DNA from: Leucoraja erinacea
Lineage: Eukaryota
Assembly: GCF_028641065.1 (NCBI RefSeq)
Contig: NC_073415.1
Span: forward strand, 11,842,001 to 11,906,000
Direction of reading: 5' to 3'
DNA: 64,000 nucleotides
Shown here: positions 11,800 through 23,228 of the stretch, piece by piece
How positions within the stretch are numbered: position 1 is the stretch's first letter
Layout of the letters: each line of letters begins with the position of its first letter
Position numbers and translations under genes: made by a program
The notes under the pieces: generated by a model
Seen by the model: only the letters and a program-made list of their open reading frames with translations
What the model was told of the DNA's origin: nothing
Database searches by the model: none

Positions 11800-14087
11800 C
11801 TGCAGGGGAAGGTCAGAAACCAGAGGTCAGACACCTGCCCCACTTAACCCACTCATACCTTTACATATAGGTTTATTATTCATGTGCTGAGCTACAGTGA
11901 AGAGCTTTGTTTTGCATGCTATCCAATCCAATCAGAAAATAGTACACATTAATACAAACAAGCCGATCTCAAGTACAATAGAAGGAGCAAAGGGGAAGAT
12001 ACAGAACGTCTATCTCCAGCTCATCCTTGCTCACTGGCTACCTCTGCTGGCAGAACGACAGCACTGCAGGTGTGAACATTCATCCAGGGTGACACCAATC
12101 GATCACGACACAAAACGTCACCTGTTCCTTTTCTCCAGAGATGCTGTCCATGCTGTCTGACCCGCTGAGTTACTACAGCCTTTTGTGTCTATTCACAAAA
12201 AGACCAAACTACGCTGCTAATTAGAGAATATTTAGCCCGCGCCCCGCTCCAATCCCTGTATCCACCTCGAACCCCAGACTCTGTCAGACACTGGGCACCA
12301 CTGCTCGCAGGGGAAGGGAACACTGAGAGGAAGTTTCATCCCCTCGGTTGCCAGAACAGCTGGAACGTGAAACCTGCTAATGGGAGCAGCTGAAGGGAAG
12401 AGGGAATGTGGATAAACATGGACGGCTACTTGGGCTGTGCTGAGAGATGCCAGACCGGAGCGGGAGTGTGGATTGGATGGCACAAATAGCCTGGTTCTGG
12501 CCTTACATTCTCCGCAAGGCAACAGAGTTTTAGTTTAGATAATTGTACCGAGGTTCAGGGAAAAGCTTTTTGTTGCGTGCCCAGTCAGCATAAAGACTAT
12601 ACATGAATACAATCAAGTCGTCCACAGTGTACAGATACAGGATAAAGGGAATAATGTTTAGTGCAAGATAAAGTCAAGTTAAATTCGATTAAAGATAGTC
12701 TGAGAGTTTACAGTGAGGTAGATGGGAGGTCAGGACCGCTCTCTAGTTGGTGAGAGGACGGTTCAGCTGCCTGATTACATACTTCTCTACCTCTTGCCTG
12801 ATGGGAGACGATGAGGTTGGTTTGGATGATGGTTCGGGCTGCGCCATTCCACCCACTCCCCCCATTCTGCACCCTCCAGACAGAGCAGAGACACCCTCCT
12901 CATCAGTCTCACCCCAAAGCCGTGTTTCCGCCGTAACTTGGTGAGTATCAGGCGCACAGAGTGAGTGGCATCGAATGTGCTGCAGACTCTGTCCCTGCAC
13001 TGTGTGTTGCTCCAACTCTGCACAAGACTGGAGGGGCCGGGATGGTGTGTACGGTTCTAACGTCACATTATGGGAAGCAGTAGTAGCAAGAGAGGGCATG
13101 AATGCCACACAGACTCACTGTGAGCGAGACCTAGCCGCACTCATCAGAAAGGTCCACGTATTCTGTTTCAAAGCTTGATAATGATATTCTATGACAGACA
13201 CTGTCGTGATGACACTGCCCCAACAGGGACAAATTCCCAAGTAAATACCTTCTTCAGTTTCTGTTGTTTAATCACGTGCTTCTTTTTGGGAGCAATTACT
13301 CGCCCTAATGGGATAAAGAAACATCAAGAGAATTATCAACTCGATAGATCTTCTCAGTGCAACATCTTATACAGAATCCCGCACGGTTTATTAACATGTT
13401 CAGGCAGAACAGGTAAACTGTACTCATGCATCACACACAGAGATTGTCTTTGCCCTGCGAGTATCAGCCTCAGCTTTGTGGCAGCAAACATGGAAACATA
13501 GTAATTAGGTGCAGGAGTAGGCCATTTGGCCCTTCGAGCCTGCATCGCCATTCAATATGATCATGGCTGATCATCCAACTCAGTATCCCGTACCTGCCTT
13601 CTCTCCATACCCTCTGATCCCTTTAGCCACAAGGGCCACATCTAACTCCCTCTTAAATATAGCCAATGAACTGGCCTCAACTACCCTCTGTGGCAGAGAG
13701 TTCCAGAGATTCACCACTCTCTGCGTGAAAAAAGTTCTTCTCATCTCGGTTTTAAAGGATTTCCCCCTTATCCTTAAGCTGTGACCCCTTGTCCTGGACT
13801 TCCCTAAGCAAGGGGCAGAGGATCCGGTGTACAGGTGCAGGTGTAGAGGGACGTGGGCCAGACGCGGGCAGGTGGGACTGGTGTAGATGGGGCATGTGGG
13901 GCAAGTTGGGCCGAAGGGCCTGTTTCCACGCTGTGTCACACTGTGACTGTGACTGTGACCCCCCCTCTCCCCGCTCCCCTCCCCCCACTCACCTCCCTTC
14001 CTGGGCCCCGCGCCCTCCACCACCACCTCCTCTCTCTCCGCCCCGCGGCCGCTTCGGCGCCGCCAACTTGAACCGTCCCTGCGCCAT
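11677..14087 (-). CDS. C19orf53: Leydig cell tumor 10 kDa protein homolog (C19orf53), 3 exons, apparent frameshift in exon 1
   Basis: Exons 14087-13993 (MAQG...GPRKG), 13304-13249 (GRVIAPKKKHVIKQQKLKK) and 11799-11677 (DLEVAIRNKIEHDITMKASSNMAKKLTIVK...*). The gene sits directly downstream of MRI1 on the same strand, as in human. Confidence 0.9.
13249..13304 (-). CDS. C19orf53: C19orf53 exon 2
   Basis: 56 nt, tag/GTATTT, encodes RVIAPKK..QQKLKK. Confidence 0.92.
13493..13808 (-). mobile_element. Young CR1 LINE 3' end in C19orf53 intron 1
   Basis: [36 protein letters not shown] plus an intact 3'UTR. Confidence 0.88.
13993..14087 (-). CDS. C19orf53: C19orf53 exon 1
   Basis: gtcATGGCGCAGGGA start and GTGAGT donor. 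At 95 nt it does not give the phase-1 end that exon 2 needs, and GPRKG lies in another frame. Confidence 0.82.
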
Positions 14088-14094
14088 GACACGA

Positions 14095-14430
14095 GCGGGT
14101 CACTGGGAGGTCAGCGCGCGTCGCCTGCCGGGAGTGAGGTCAGATCTCGGCGCATGCCGGGAGAGATGAGGTCAGTACGCAACGCCTGCCGGGACAAGGA
14201 AGGTCAGATCTCTGCGCTTGCCGGGAGAGAGGAGGTCAGCGCGCAACGCAACGCCTGAGAGAGGAGGTCAGGCCGCGGCGCTTGCCGGGAAAGAGTAGGT
14301 CAGCACGCAACGCCTGCCGGGAGTGAGGTCAGCACGCGGCGCCTGCAGGGACAAGGAAGGTCAAATCTCGGCGCATGCCGGGAGAGAGGAGGTCAGCCGC
14401 GGCGCTTGCCGGGACAAGGAAGGTCATATT
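14095..14430 (-). promoter_or_regulatory. CpG-rich tandem-repeat promoter/5' region of C19orf53
   Basis: About 11 degenerate ~30-bp units (GAGGTCAG..GCGC..TGCCGGGA) immediately upstream of the ATG. Confidence 0.65.
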
Positions 14431-15104
14431 GTGGCATCACAGATTATAAAGGCGCGGGGGTCATAGGGTCATGGGGCAAGGACGGGGCAAGGTGGGACAG
14501 AGACAACAAATACACCGTCCAGGCCCTTCGGCCCACAGTGTCCGTGCTGACCACAATGTCAGGTCAACCTGGTCTCTGCCTCACCTGGCCAGTATTAGCC
14601 GTAGAGCGCAGACACAGGCCATTCGGCCCACCTTGCCCACACTGGCCAACATGTCCCACCTAGCCCATATCCCTCCAAACTTGTCCTATCCATGTACCTG
14701 TCTAACTGTTTCTTATACATTGAGATAGTCCCAGCCTTAACTACCTCCTCCGGCAGCTCATTCCATACACCCACCACCCTCTGTCAGTAAAAGTCACCCC
14801 TCAGGTTCCTATTATATATTTCCCCCTTCACCTTGAACCTGCATCCTCTGGTCCTCGATCTTCCCACTTTCGGCAAAGAGACTCTGTGCGTCTACCCGAT
14901 GCTATTGCTGGAGTTTCAGTGAGGGCGAGGACTCAGAGTCACAACTTAAAACTGCAGGACAGTCCCCCCCGATTACACACCAGACATTCTGCATCTGCAG
15001 TTTAAAGCAGGAGGAGGCCATTCAGTCCCTCATCCTTATGCTTGAACCTAATCCTGTCCTTTCAAGTGCAAAAGCACTAATCCTATCTTACTTCCCTCCA
15101 CATT

Positions 15105-15110
15105 TTTATT
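15105..15110 (-). terminator. Candidate MRI1 polyadenylation signal
   Basis: AATAAA on minus about 650 nt after the stop, with ATTAAA at about 15163-15158. Confidence 0.55.
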
Positions 15111-15762
15111 AGTTCTGCCAAATAAAAGGAGTCAGTTTGTTGAAGAGTACACGGGTGTTTTAATCAAAATGAAACAACCCATGCAAGGGCTGGAGTTCAG
15201 GGTGTGATGCGTCCTCTTTAGAGGAGACGTGACTGAGAGGTTCTTGTTGGGTAGCTCGGGAATATGGACAGCAGTTCCACACTGGCCGTTTTCCAGAAAA
15301 CAAAGCACTGGGAATACGCAACAGACCCAGCGGATGCTCAGCCATCGTGACGAGCAGACACCTGTTGACAGCGGAACTGTGGAGATAGTGATGAAGAGAG
15401 GGAAGTCTGAAGAAGGGTCTCTACTCCTAACGTCACCCATTCCTTCTTTCGGGAGATGCTGCCTGTTCCGCTGAGTTACTCCAGCATTTCGATTTAAACC
15501 GGCATCTGCAGTTGGTTCCAACACAAGAGAGGGAAGTGGCTGTAACTGAACCAGAGGAGGGCCAGACTCCACTGACCTATTCCTGCTTCTTCTCCTCGTG
15601 AAGATTCCCATCACAAAACCAGCGCAGGGGTGCACGACGATCCTTGCCTTTGGGCGGGGGGGGGGGGGGGGAATGGAAGAGCAAGTTTGGAATTTGTACG
15701 GAAAGAAAGGTGGAAGGGGCAGGAAGGGCGAGGGATATCGTGCAGCTTCTGGGGACCACGGC

Positions 15763-15899
15763 TCAGGAGATGTGCTGCGTCTTCTCAGTGAGGACTTTCT
15801 GAAGATCTTGAGGGACGTGGACTCCAAATTCGGTGATGATCGCCCCTGTGATCAGGCCGTGGGGTGTGATGTCAAAGGCGGGGTTCCACACACCCACCC
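15763..15899 (-). CDS. MRI1: MRI1 exon 6 coding part ([13 protein letters not shown]...TQHIS*)
   Basis: cag acceptor, TGA at 15765-15763. Confidence 0.92.
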
Positions 15900-18800
15900 C
15901 TGCAGAGAAAGAATAAAACCTTCACAAACTGAAGCTTTTACATCACATTATCTTCCTCCTGCTTGATCTTCACAGTACCAACTTGACTGGAAGGATGCAG
16001 AGAGGATGACTGTCAGTCCTTTACCCAGGGCACAGGGTCTTACACTAGAGGGCTGAGGTTTAAGTTGAGAGGGGGAGATATTTAAAGGGGACTTGGCGGG
16101 GGAACTTTTCCACATGGAGGGTGGTGGGTGAATGGAACGAGCTGCTGGAGGAGGTGGTTGAGGTTGGGACTAACAAAATGTTTATGACATTTAGACTGGT
16201 GCATGGAGGACAGGTTTAGAGGGATGTGGACCAAAGGCAGGCAGGTGGGGTTTGTGTAGATGGGGCAACTTGATCGGCATGGCCAAGTCGGGCCGAAGGG
16301 CCTGTTTCCTAGCTCCATGATAATGATTTGTTGGAGAATCTGGAAATAAGGCTCACCCCCCCCCTCCCACCCCACCCCCCCCACCCCAGCTGGTGCCACA
16401 CTCCCCCTTACAGTGACCCCTGACCCTCCACACTCCCCCTTACAGTGACCCCTGACCCTCCACACTCCCTCCCCTTACAGTGACCCCTGACCCTCCACAC
16501 TCCCCCTTACAGTGACCCCTGACCCGCCACACTCTCCTACCGCAACTCGACGGGTCAGGACATTGACCGGTGGTCAGTCATGCAGTGTGGTGCTGGGCTG
16601 GGGTCAGAGGGGAGGGTCAGGGGTCACTGACCGGCAATGGGTCAGTGGTCACTCACCGGGTGCGGCCACGTGGACACCGTTGATGTGGGTGAGCTCGTTG
16701 GCTGGACGCTCCTCCACTGGGATGTGGTGACCAGAGTCCAGGCTGAGGTCACATGACTGGCTGGGGGCGGCCACATAGAAGGGGATGTGGTGGTGCAGGG
16801 CCACGATGGCCAGCTGGTACGTCCCCACCTTGTTGGCTGTGTCTCCATTGGCAGCAATCCGGTCAGCTCCCACCACCACCGCTACAGGGAGGGATGGGGG
16901 GGGGGGGGGGGAGGAGAGTGGGGGGAGGGGGAGTGGGGGGGGGGGGGGGGGGGGGGAGCAAGAGAGTGAGGATGATGAGGGGGGGGGGGGGGGAGAGAGA
17001 GAGTGACAGATTAGCCAAACAGAGACACAAGGAACTGCAGAAGCTAGAATCTTGAGAAAAACACAAAGTGCTGGAAGAACACAGCGGCTCAGGGAATGGC
17101 GGCGGGTAGACTGGTCACACACCAGTGTCCAGCCTGGCCTGAATCCCAGTGTCCAGCCTGGGCAGTGTACCCATTCCATCCACACCTCACATAATCAAAG
17201 ACCATGAGAGAAAGGCCAGGGCTGGAGAGGTGTTTGGGGAAGCTGCTCCATGCTGGGACCACCTGTGATAAAAGTTGGGGCAGCAGCTCCATGCTGGGAC
17301 CCGCCTGTGATTGCCGGGGCTGGCTCCACGCTGGGACCCACCTGTGATGGCTGGGGCTGGCTCCGTGCTGGGACCAACCTGTGATGGAGATTGTGATGAA
17401 GGTTGAGGCAGCAGCTCCGCGCTGGGACCTACTTGTGATGAAAGCTGGGGCAGCAGCTCCGCGCTGGGACCCACCTGTGATGAAGTTTGGGGCAGCAGCT
17501 CCATGCTGGGACCCACCTGTGATGAAGATTGGGGCTGGCTCCGTGCTGGGACCCACCTGTGATGAAGGTTGAGGCAGCAGCTCCATGCTGGGACCCACCT
17601 GTGATGAAGATTGGGGCTGGCTCCGTGCTGGGACCCACCTGTGATGGCCAGGGCTGGCTAGCTCCGTACTGGGACCCACCTGTGATGAATATTGGGGCTA
17701 GCTCCGTACTGGGACCCACCTGTGATGGCCAGGGCTGGCTCCGTACTGGGACCCACCTGTGATGTGCTTCTCCTTCATGGCCACAGCAGCCATGCTGTCA
17801 GTGATGAGCGTGGCTGGGATCTGCTCGTAGGTCAGCTCGTAGGCGGTCAGCCGCGCCCCTTGGTTGTACGGCCGTGTCTCCGTGCAGTAGACGTGCTCCA
17901 GACGACCCAGGGCCCAGAGCGATCGGATCACACCTGAGGCACAGCACACTCTTTAGTTTAGAGATACAGAGCTGAAACTAGCCCTTCGGCCCATCGAGTC
18001 CATGCTGACCAGTGGGGGAGAAGTAACTTTAAGAGTGGTGGGGGAGCAGGTCAAAGCCTGGTGAGTGATGGGTGGATACAGGTGAGGGGCGGGGGGTGGT
18101 GATTGGCAGATGGGTGGAGTAAGTGACAAAGGCTGGAGGTGGAGGATGGATAGAAGGGGGTATTGGGGAGAGGGGGATACAGTGCGAATGTCCTGCTCTG
18201 GCTCCATTCTCAGTGTCTGTATCCCTGCGGGGCCAGCTGTCTGTCGATGAGTGCAGGAGATGTGTATGAGATCTATACTGGAGGGACAGTGTACTTTGTG
18301 CTGTGTCTCTAGGGACAGGGAGGGTGAGGACAAAGGACTCAAGGCCAACGACCTCAGTCATTACACCTTTACTCCTACACACTAAGGACAATTTACAGAA
18401 GGCGATTAACCTACAAACCTGTACGTCTTTGTAGTGTGGGAGGAAACCGGAGCACCCGGAGAAAACCCACGTGGTCATAGGGAGAATATACAAACTCCGT
18501 ACAGACAGCACCAGTGGTCAGGATCAAGCTCGAGTCTCTGGTGCTGTGAGGAAGCAACTCCACCGCTGTGGCACCGTGCTCCGGTTTCCTCCCGCCCTAA
18601 ATCTCACAGCTGGCATTCTCAGTAATTCAGTATTGTGACACGAGTAAAGGCTATGATCATGAACTTGACAAGACTTAACACAGCTTGTACCAAGCCCTCT
18701 TCAATAAGTGCTGTGTTTGCAAATATCGCTCGCATCTGTGTTGTGAAAAGTGAGGCATCGATGTTAAAACAGGGACAGCAGGAAATACAAGGGATGATAT

Positions 18801-21688
18801 CAAACTTCTCTTCCTCAATGTGTAATAAGACTCTACTGCTACGCCACCAAAACAGAAACAGAAAAATAGGTGCAGGGGTAGGCCATTCGTCCACAATCAG
18901 TACCCCGTTCCTGCTTTCTCCCCAAATCCCTTGATTCCGTTAGCCCAAAGAGCTAAATCTAACTCTCTCTTGAAAACATCCAGTGAATTGGACTCCACCC
19001 GTCTGTGGCAGAGAATTCCACAGATTCACAAACATTTTTTCCTCATCTCAGTACTAAATGGCCTACGCCATATTCTTAATAAGAGGTGAGTGTGGAGACC
19101 CGGTCAACACTTACCCAGAGCGGTTCCGTAGCCTGCCGTGGCCAGGGAGCCCGTGTTACAATGAGTCAGGATGGTCACCTTGTCTGTTGTGGCCATGGAC
19201 AGAATGTGCTGGGCACCGTGTGACCCGATACTGTGGTTGTCTCTGATGTCCTTCTCCAGCATCGACTCTATTCTGCAAATCAAACTTCCATTGGGAAGAC
19301 AAGATGGTTTAGTCAGGAAGGTTTCGTCATGAGGGGAATAGATTATCTAGAATCTCTTGCCCAGAGTAGGGGAATCATGGACCAGAGGACATAGGTTTAT
19401 GGTGAAGGGGGAAAGATTTAATAGGAATCTGAGGGGTAACTTTTTCACACAGAGTGTGGTGGGTGTACAGTGACTGATGGGACTTTCCAGGTGGAATGTT
19501 GAGTAAAAGGAACTGAACCTACGATCCTTTGTTTAACTGAAAGGTTGTGGGGAGACTGAATGAAGACCCCAGGAGCCAAGGACATCTGAACAAGTCAACA
19601 AATTCTTCAGTACATGTCAAATTTTCCAAATCCTTGATCTTGGGGAAGTGTCCTCAGGGTGCAGAAATTTGAGAGAGATGCAAGCTGAGGAAACACCAGC
19701 GTAACGGTTTGTGATAGACAGATGGTTGGACAAGAGCCAGAGATAAAAAGACAAAAAGTGTGGGAAGAGGATAGAGGTGTAGTGAATTGTAAAGCTGGTG
19801 GAACCAACATAGATGGAGGGGGGTGAAATGGGGCAGAGGGAAGAGAGGGGGGAAGAAGGAAGGGCTTGTTAGACAATAGCTGCAGGAGTAGGCCATTCGG
19901 CCCTTCGAGCCAGCATCATCATTCAATGTGATCATGGCTGATCATCCACAATCAGTACCCCATTCCTGCCTTCTCCCCATATCCCCCGACTCCACTTTAA
20001 GAGCCCTATCTAGCTCTCTCTTGAAAGTATCCAGAGAACTGGCCTCCACCGCCCTCTGAGGCAGAGAATTCCACAGACTCACAACTCTTGGTGTGAAAAA
20101 GTGTTTCCTCATCTCCGCAAAAGAGAGTTAGCTCTTCGGGCAAAAGGAATCGAGGGATATGGGGAGAAAGCAGGAACGGGGTACTGATTTTAGATGATCA
20201 GCCATGATCATATTGAATGGCGGTGCTGGATCGAAGGGCCGAATGGCCTACTCCTGCACCTATTTTCTATGGAGGGTGAGGGGAGTGAGCATCAGGTCAG
20301 CACTCACTTCTCCTTGAAGTCGTCAGCAGTGGTGTCTGGCCTCTTGACCTCCAGCTGGATGAATTGGGTCAGGTCCTGGGCAGCTCGGGCCATGTTGACC
20401 GCCGTGGGTCTGGCCGTCACCAGGTAGTCCAGTGATTCCATGGCAAAGCTGGCCAGGGCTTCCTTGTCCATGTCCTCCCTGTGGTGGAGCTCCACCGCCA
20501 GGCTCAGGCAGCCAACAATGGCAATCGCTGGGGCACCTCGTACCTGCACAGGGGGCTGGAGTTACAGAGGGCCACGCACCAGGGGAGAGGGGGGGAGGGG
20601 GAGAGGGAGAGGGGGCAGGGGGAGAGAGGGGGAGGGGGGCAGGGGGAGAGAGAGGGAGGGGGGCAGGTGTGTAGAGAGGGAGGGGGGCAGGGGGGAGAGA
20701 GGGGGGGGGGGCAGGGGGAGAGGGGGGGGGGGTAGGGAGAGAGAGGGGGGGCAGGGGGAGAGAGGGGGGGGGGCAGGGGGAGAGAGGGGGGGGGGGGCAG
20801 CAGGGGAGAGGAGAGGGGGGGGGGCAGGTGTAGAGAGGGGGGCAGGGGGAGAGGAGGGGGGGCAGGAGAGAGGGGGGGCAGGGGGGAGAGAGGGGGGGGG
20901 GCAGGGGTAGAGGGGGCAGGGGGGGTAGGAGGGGCAGGGTAGAGAGGGAGAGGGGGGGGGCAGGGGTAGAGAGGGAGGGGGGCAGGGGGAGAGAGGGGGG
21001 GGGGGGGTACGGGGGGGGGGGGGGGGGGAGGGGAACCCCCAGGGGGGCCCCACCACAGACCACAGATCTGCTCTAGGATCTGTGAGGGGGGGGGCAGGTC
21101 TAGAGAGGGGGGGGGGCCCTGTACCCGCATGGGGGGCGATGTTTAGAGGGGGGGGGGCAGGTGTAGAGAGGGGGTCCACGGGGGGGTAGAGGGGGGGGGC
21201 CAGGTGTGGGGGGGGGCAGGGGGTCCAGGATGGAGAGAGGGGGCCAGGTGTAACGAGGGGGGAGGCAGGGGAGGAGATGAAGGGGGGGCAGGGGGGAGAG
21301 GGAGGGGGCAGGTGTAGAGGGGAGGGGGAGGGAGGGAGGGGGCAGGGGGAGGAGGGGGGGGCCAGGGGGGAGAGGGGGGGGGGACAGTGTAGAGGGGGGG
21401 GGGGGAGGGGGGGAGGGGGGGGCAGAGGGGGACAGAGGGGAGAGAGGGGGGGGGGGGTACGGGGGGGGGGAGGGGAACCCAACGAGGCCACCACAACCAC
21501 AGATCTGCTATAGGATCATTGACCACACCGCCTCTACCCCCACACCCCCCCTGTACCCGCATGGCGGCGATGTCGGTCCAGGCGGCGCTGACTCCATCCA
21601 CGGGCCGGTATTGGCGCCGCTGTGGCAGCTCCAGTTGGTCCAGGATGGAGAGGCGGCCCCGGCTGTAACGCAGCGCCTGCAGCTCCAT
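15763..21688 (-). CDS. MRI1: Methylthioribose-1-phosphate isomerase (methionine salvage), 6 coding exons, 358 aa
   Basis: Join (minus): 21688-21557, 20543-20308, 19284-19115, 17933-17757, 16881-16657, 15899-15763 = 1077 nt. MtnA/MRI1 motifs present: [66 protein letters not shown]. Confidence 0.95.
16657..16881 (-). CDS. MRI1: MRI1 exon 5 (AVVVGADR...HVAAP)
   Basis: 225 nt, tag/GTGAGT. Confidence 0.93.
17240..17762 (-). repeat. Minisatellite (37-42 bp) in MRI1 intron 4, each unit carrying the exon-4 donor sequence
   Basis: About 13 copies of ATCACAG/GTGGGTCCCAG on minus. Confidence 0.9.
17757..17933 (-). CDS. MRI1: MRI1 exon 4 (GVIRSLW...MKEKHIT)
   Basis: 177 nt, cag/GTGGGT. Confidence 0.93.
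18365..18577 (-). mobile_element. V-SINE (HE1-like)
   Basis: Reverse complement of the SINE head and central domain. Confidence 0.8.
19115..19284 (-). CDS. MRI1: MRI1 exon 3 ([12 protein letters not shown]...GYGTAL)
   Basis: 170 nt, aag/GTAAGT. An alternative in-frame cag acceptor would start the exon at 19272. Confidence 0.88.
20308..20543 (-). CDS. MRI1: MRI1 exon 2 ([11 protein letters not shown]...DDFKE)
   Basis: 236 nt, cag/GTGAGT. Confidence 0.93.
20580..21480 (+). repeat. Extreme G-rich low-complexity tract (MRI1 intron 1)
   Basis: Continuous G4-G10 runs separated by CA/AGA. Confidence 0.9.
21557..21688 (-). CDS. MRI1: MRI1 exon 1 (MELQALRY...IAAMR)
   Basis: accATGG Kozak context, 132 nt, donor GTACAG. 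Confidence 0.9.
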
Positions 21689-21835
21689 GGTGACCCGGCC
21701 CGGGGACAGGAGCACACGGGGAGGCCGGGGATGGAGGAGGGAGGGAGGGCCCAGAGGTGGGGGGTGAAGCCGGGGCCTAGGGTAGGTGGCGCCGCGGGGA
21801 GGGGGAGTGTCTGGGCCGGGGGGAGGGTCAGTGTA

Positions 21836-22236
21836 NNNNNNNNNNNNNNNNNNNNNNNNNNNNNNNNNNNNNNNNNNNNNNNNNNNNNNNNNNNNNNNNN
21901 NNNNNNNNNNNNNNNNNNNNNNNNNNNNNNNNNNNNNNNNNNNNNNNNNNNNNNNNNNNNNNNNNNNNNNNNNNNNNNNNNNNNNNNNNNNNNNNNNNNN
22001 NNNNNNNNNNNNNNNNNNNNNNNNNNNNNNNNNNNNNNNNNNNNNNNNNNNNNNNNNNNNNNNNNNNNNNNNNNNNNNNNNNNNNNNNNNNNNNNNNNNN
22101 NNNNNNNNNNNNNNNNNNNNNNNNNNNNNNNNNNNNNNNNNNNNNNNNNNNNNNNNNNNNNNNNNNNNNNNNNNNNNNNNNNNNNNNNNNNNNNNNNNNN
22201 NNNNNNNNNNNNNNNNNNNNNNNNNNNNNNNNNNNN
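21836..22236. other. Assembly gap (covers the MRI1 promoter region)
   Basis: N run. Confidence 1.
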
Positions 22237-22274
22237 TGAGTGAGGGGAGAGCTGAACAGGGGGTGAAATATTGA

Positions 22275-22777
22275 AACATAGACAATAGGTGCAGGAGGAG
22301 GCCATTCAGCCCTTTGAGCCAGCACCATTCGCCATTCAATATGATCATGGCTGATCATCCCCTATCAATAACTCGTGCCTGCCTTCTCCCCATATCCCTT
22401 GACTCCACTAGCCCCTAGAGCTCTATCTAACTCAAAGATTCTCTATAATAGTTGATATAACTCTCTTAAATCCATCCAGTGACTTGGCCTCCACTGCCCT
22501 CTGCGGCAGGGAATTCCATAAATTCACAACTCTCTGGGTGAAAAAGTTTTTCTCACCTCAGTCTTAAATGACCTCCCCTTTATTCTAAGACTGTGTGGCC
22601 CCTGGTTCTGGACTCGCCCAACATTGGGAACATTTTTCCTGCATCTAGTTTGTCCAGTCCTTTTATAATTTTATATGTTTCTATAAGATTCCCCCTCATC
22701 CTTCTAAACTCCAGTGAATACAAGCCTAGTCTTTTCAATCTTTCCTCATATGACAGTCCCGCCATCCCAGGGATCAA
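22275..22777 (-). mobile_element. CR1 LINE 3' fragment
   Basis: [39 protein letters not shown]. Confidence 0.88.
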
Positions 22778-23121
22778 TTTAAGAGATCAAATTCACAGTG
22801 TACAGATACAGTGCATCAAGGGATAACGTTTAGTGCAAGATAATTTTAGTAAAGTCAGATCAGGATAGCCGGAGGGTCACCAGTGAGGTAGATAGTAGTT
22901 CAGGACCGCTCTCTAGTTGTGGTAGGATGGTTCAGTTGCCTGATAACAGCTGGGAAGAAACTGTCTCTGAAACTGGAGGTGTGCGTTTTCTGTACCTTTT
23001 CTACCAAACCTCTCAGTCTCAATAAGTTCAGGGGGCCTTCGTGCACTTAACCTCATGACTGTCTGCAAATGTCGACTTAAACCACACTACATTTGCAACA
23101 ACACAGAGTTTCTGCTTTGCT

Positions 23122-23228
23122 TTTATTGAAATTAACTGACATTAGTTTCAGGAACAATCAGGTCTCTCCATTGGACAATGTGGAATTACAAAAGGGGTTT
23201 TAATTGAATGCATTTTCAAATCTTTATT
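23122..23228 (-). terminator. Candidate AP1M2 polyadenylation signals
   Basis: AATAAA on minus at 23228-23223 and 23127-23122 in AT-rich unique sequence about 1.5 kb past the stop codon. Confidence 0.55.

Noticed and set aside
20323-21500. Proline- or glycine-rich ORFs (extensin/formin-like)
   Set aside because: They are translations of G-homopolymer tracts in MRI1 intron 1. The same applies to 49322-50044 and 53123-53963.
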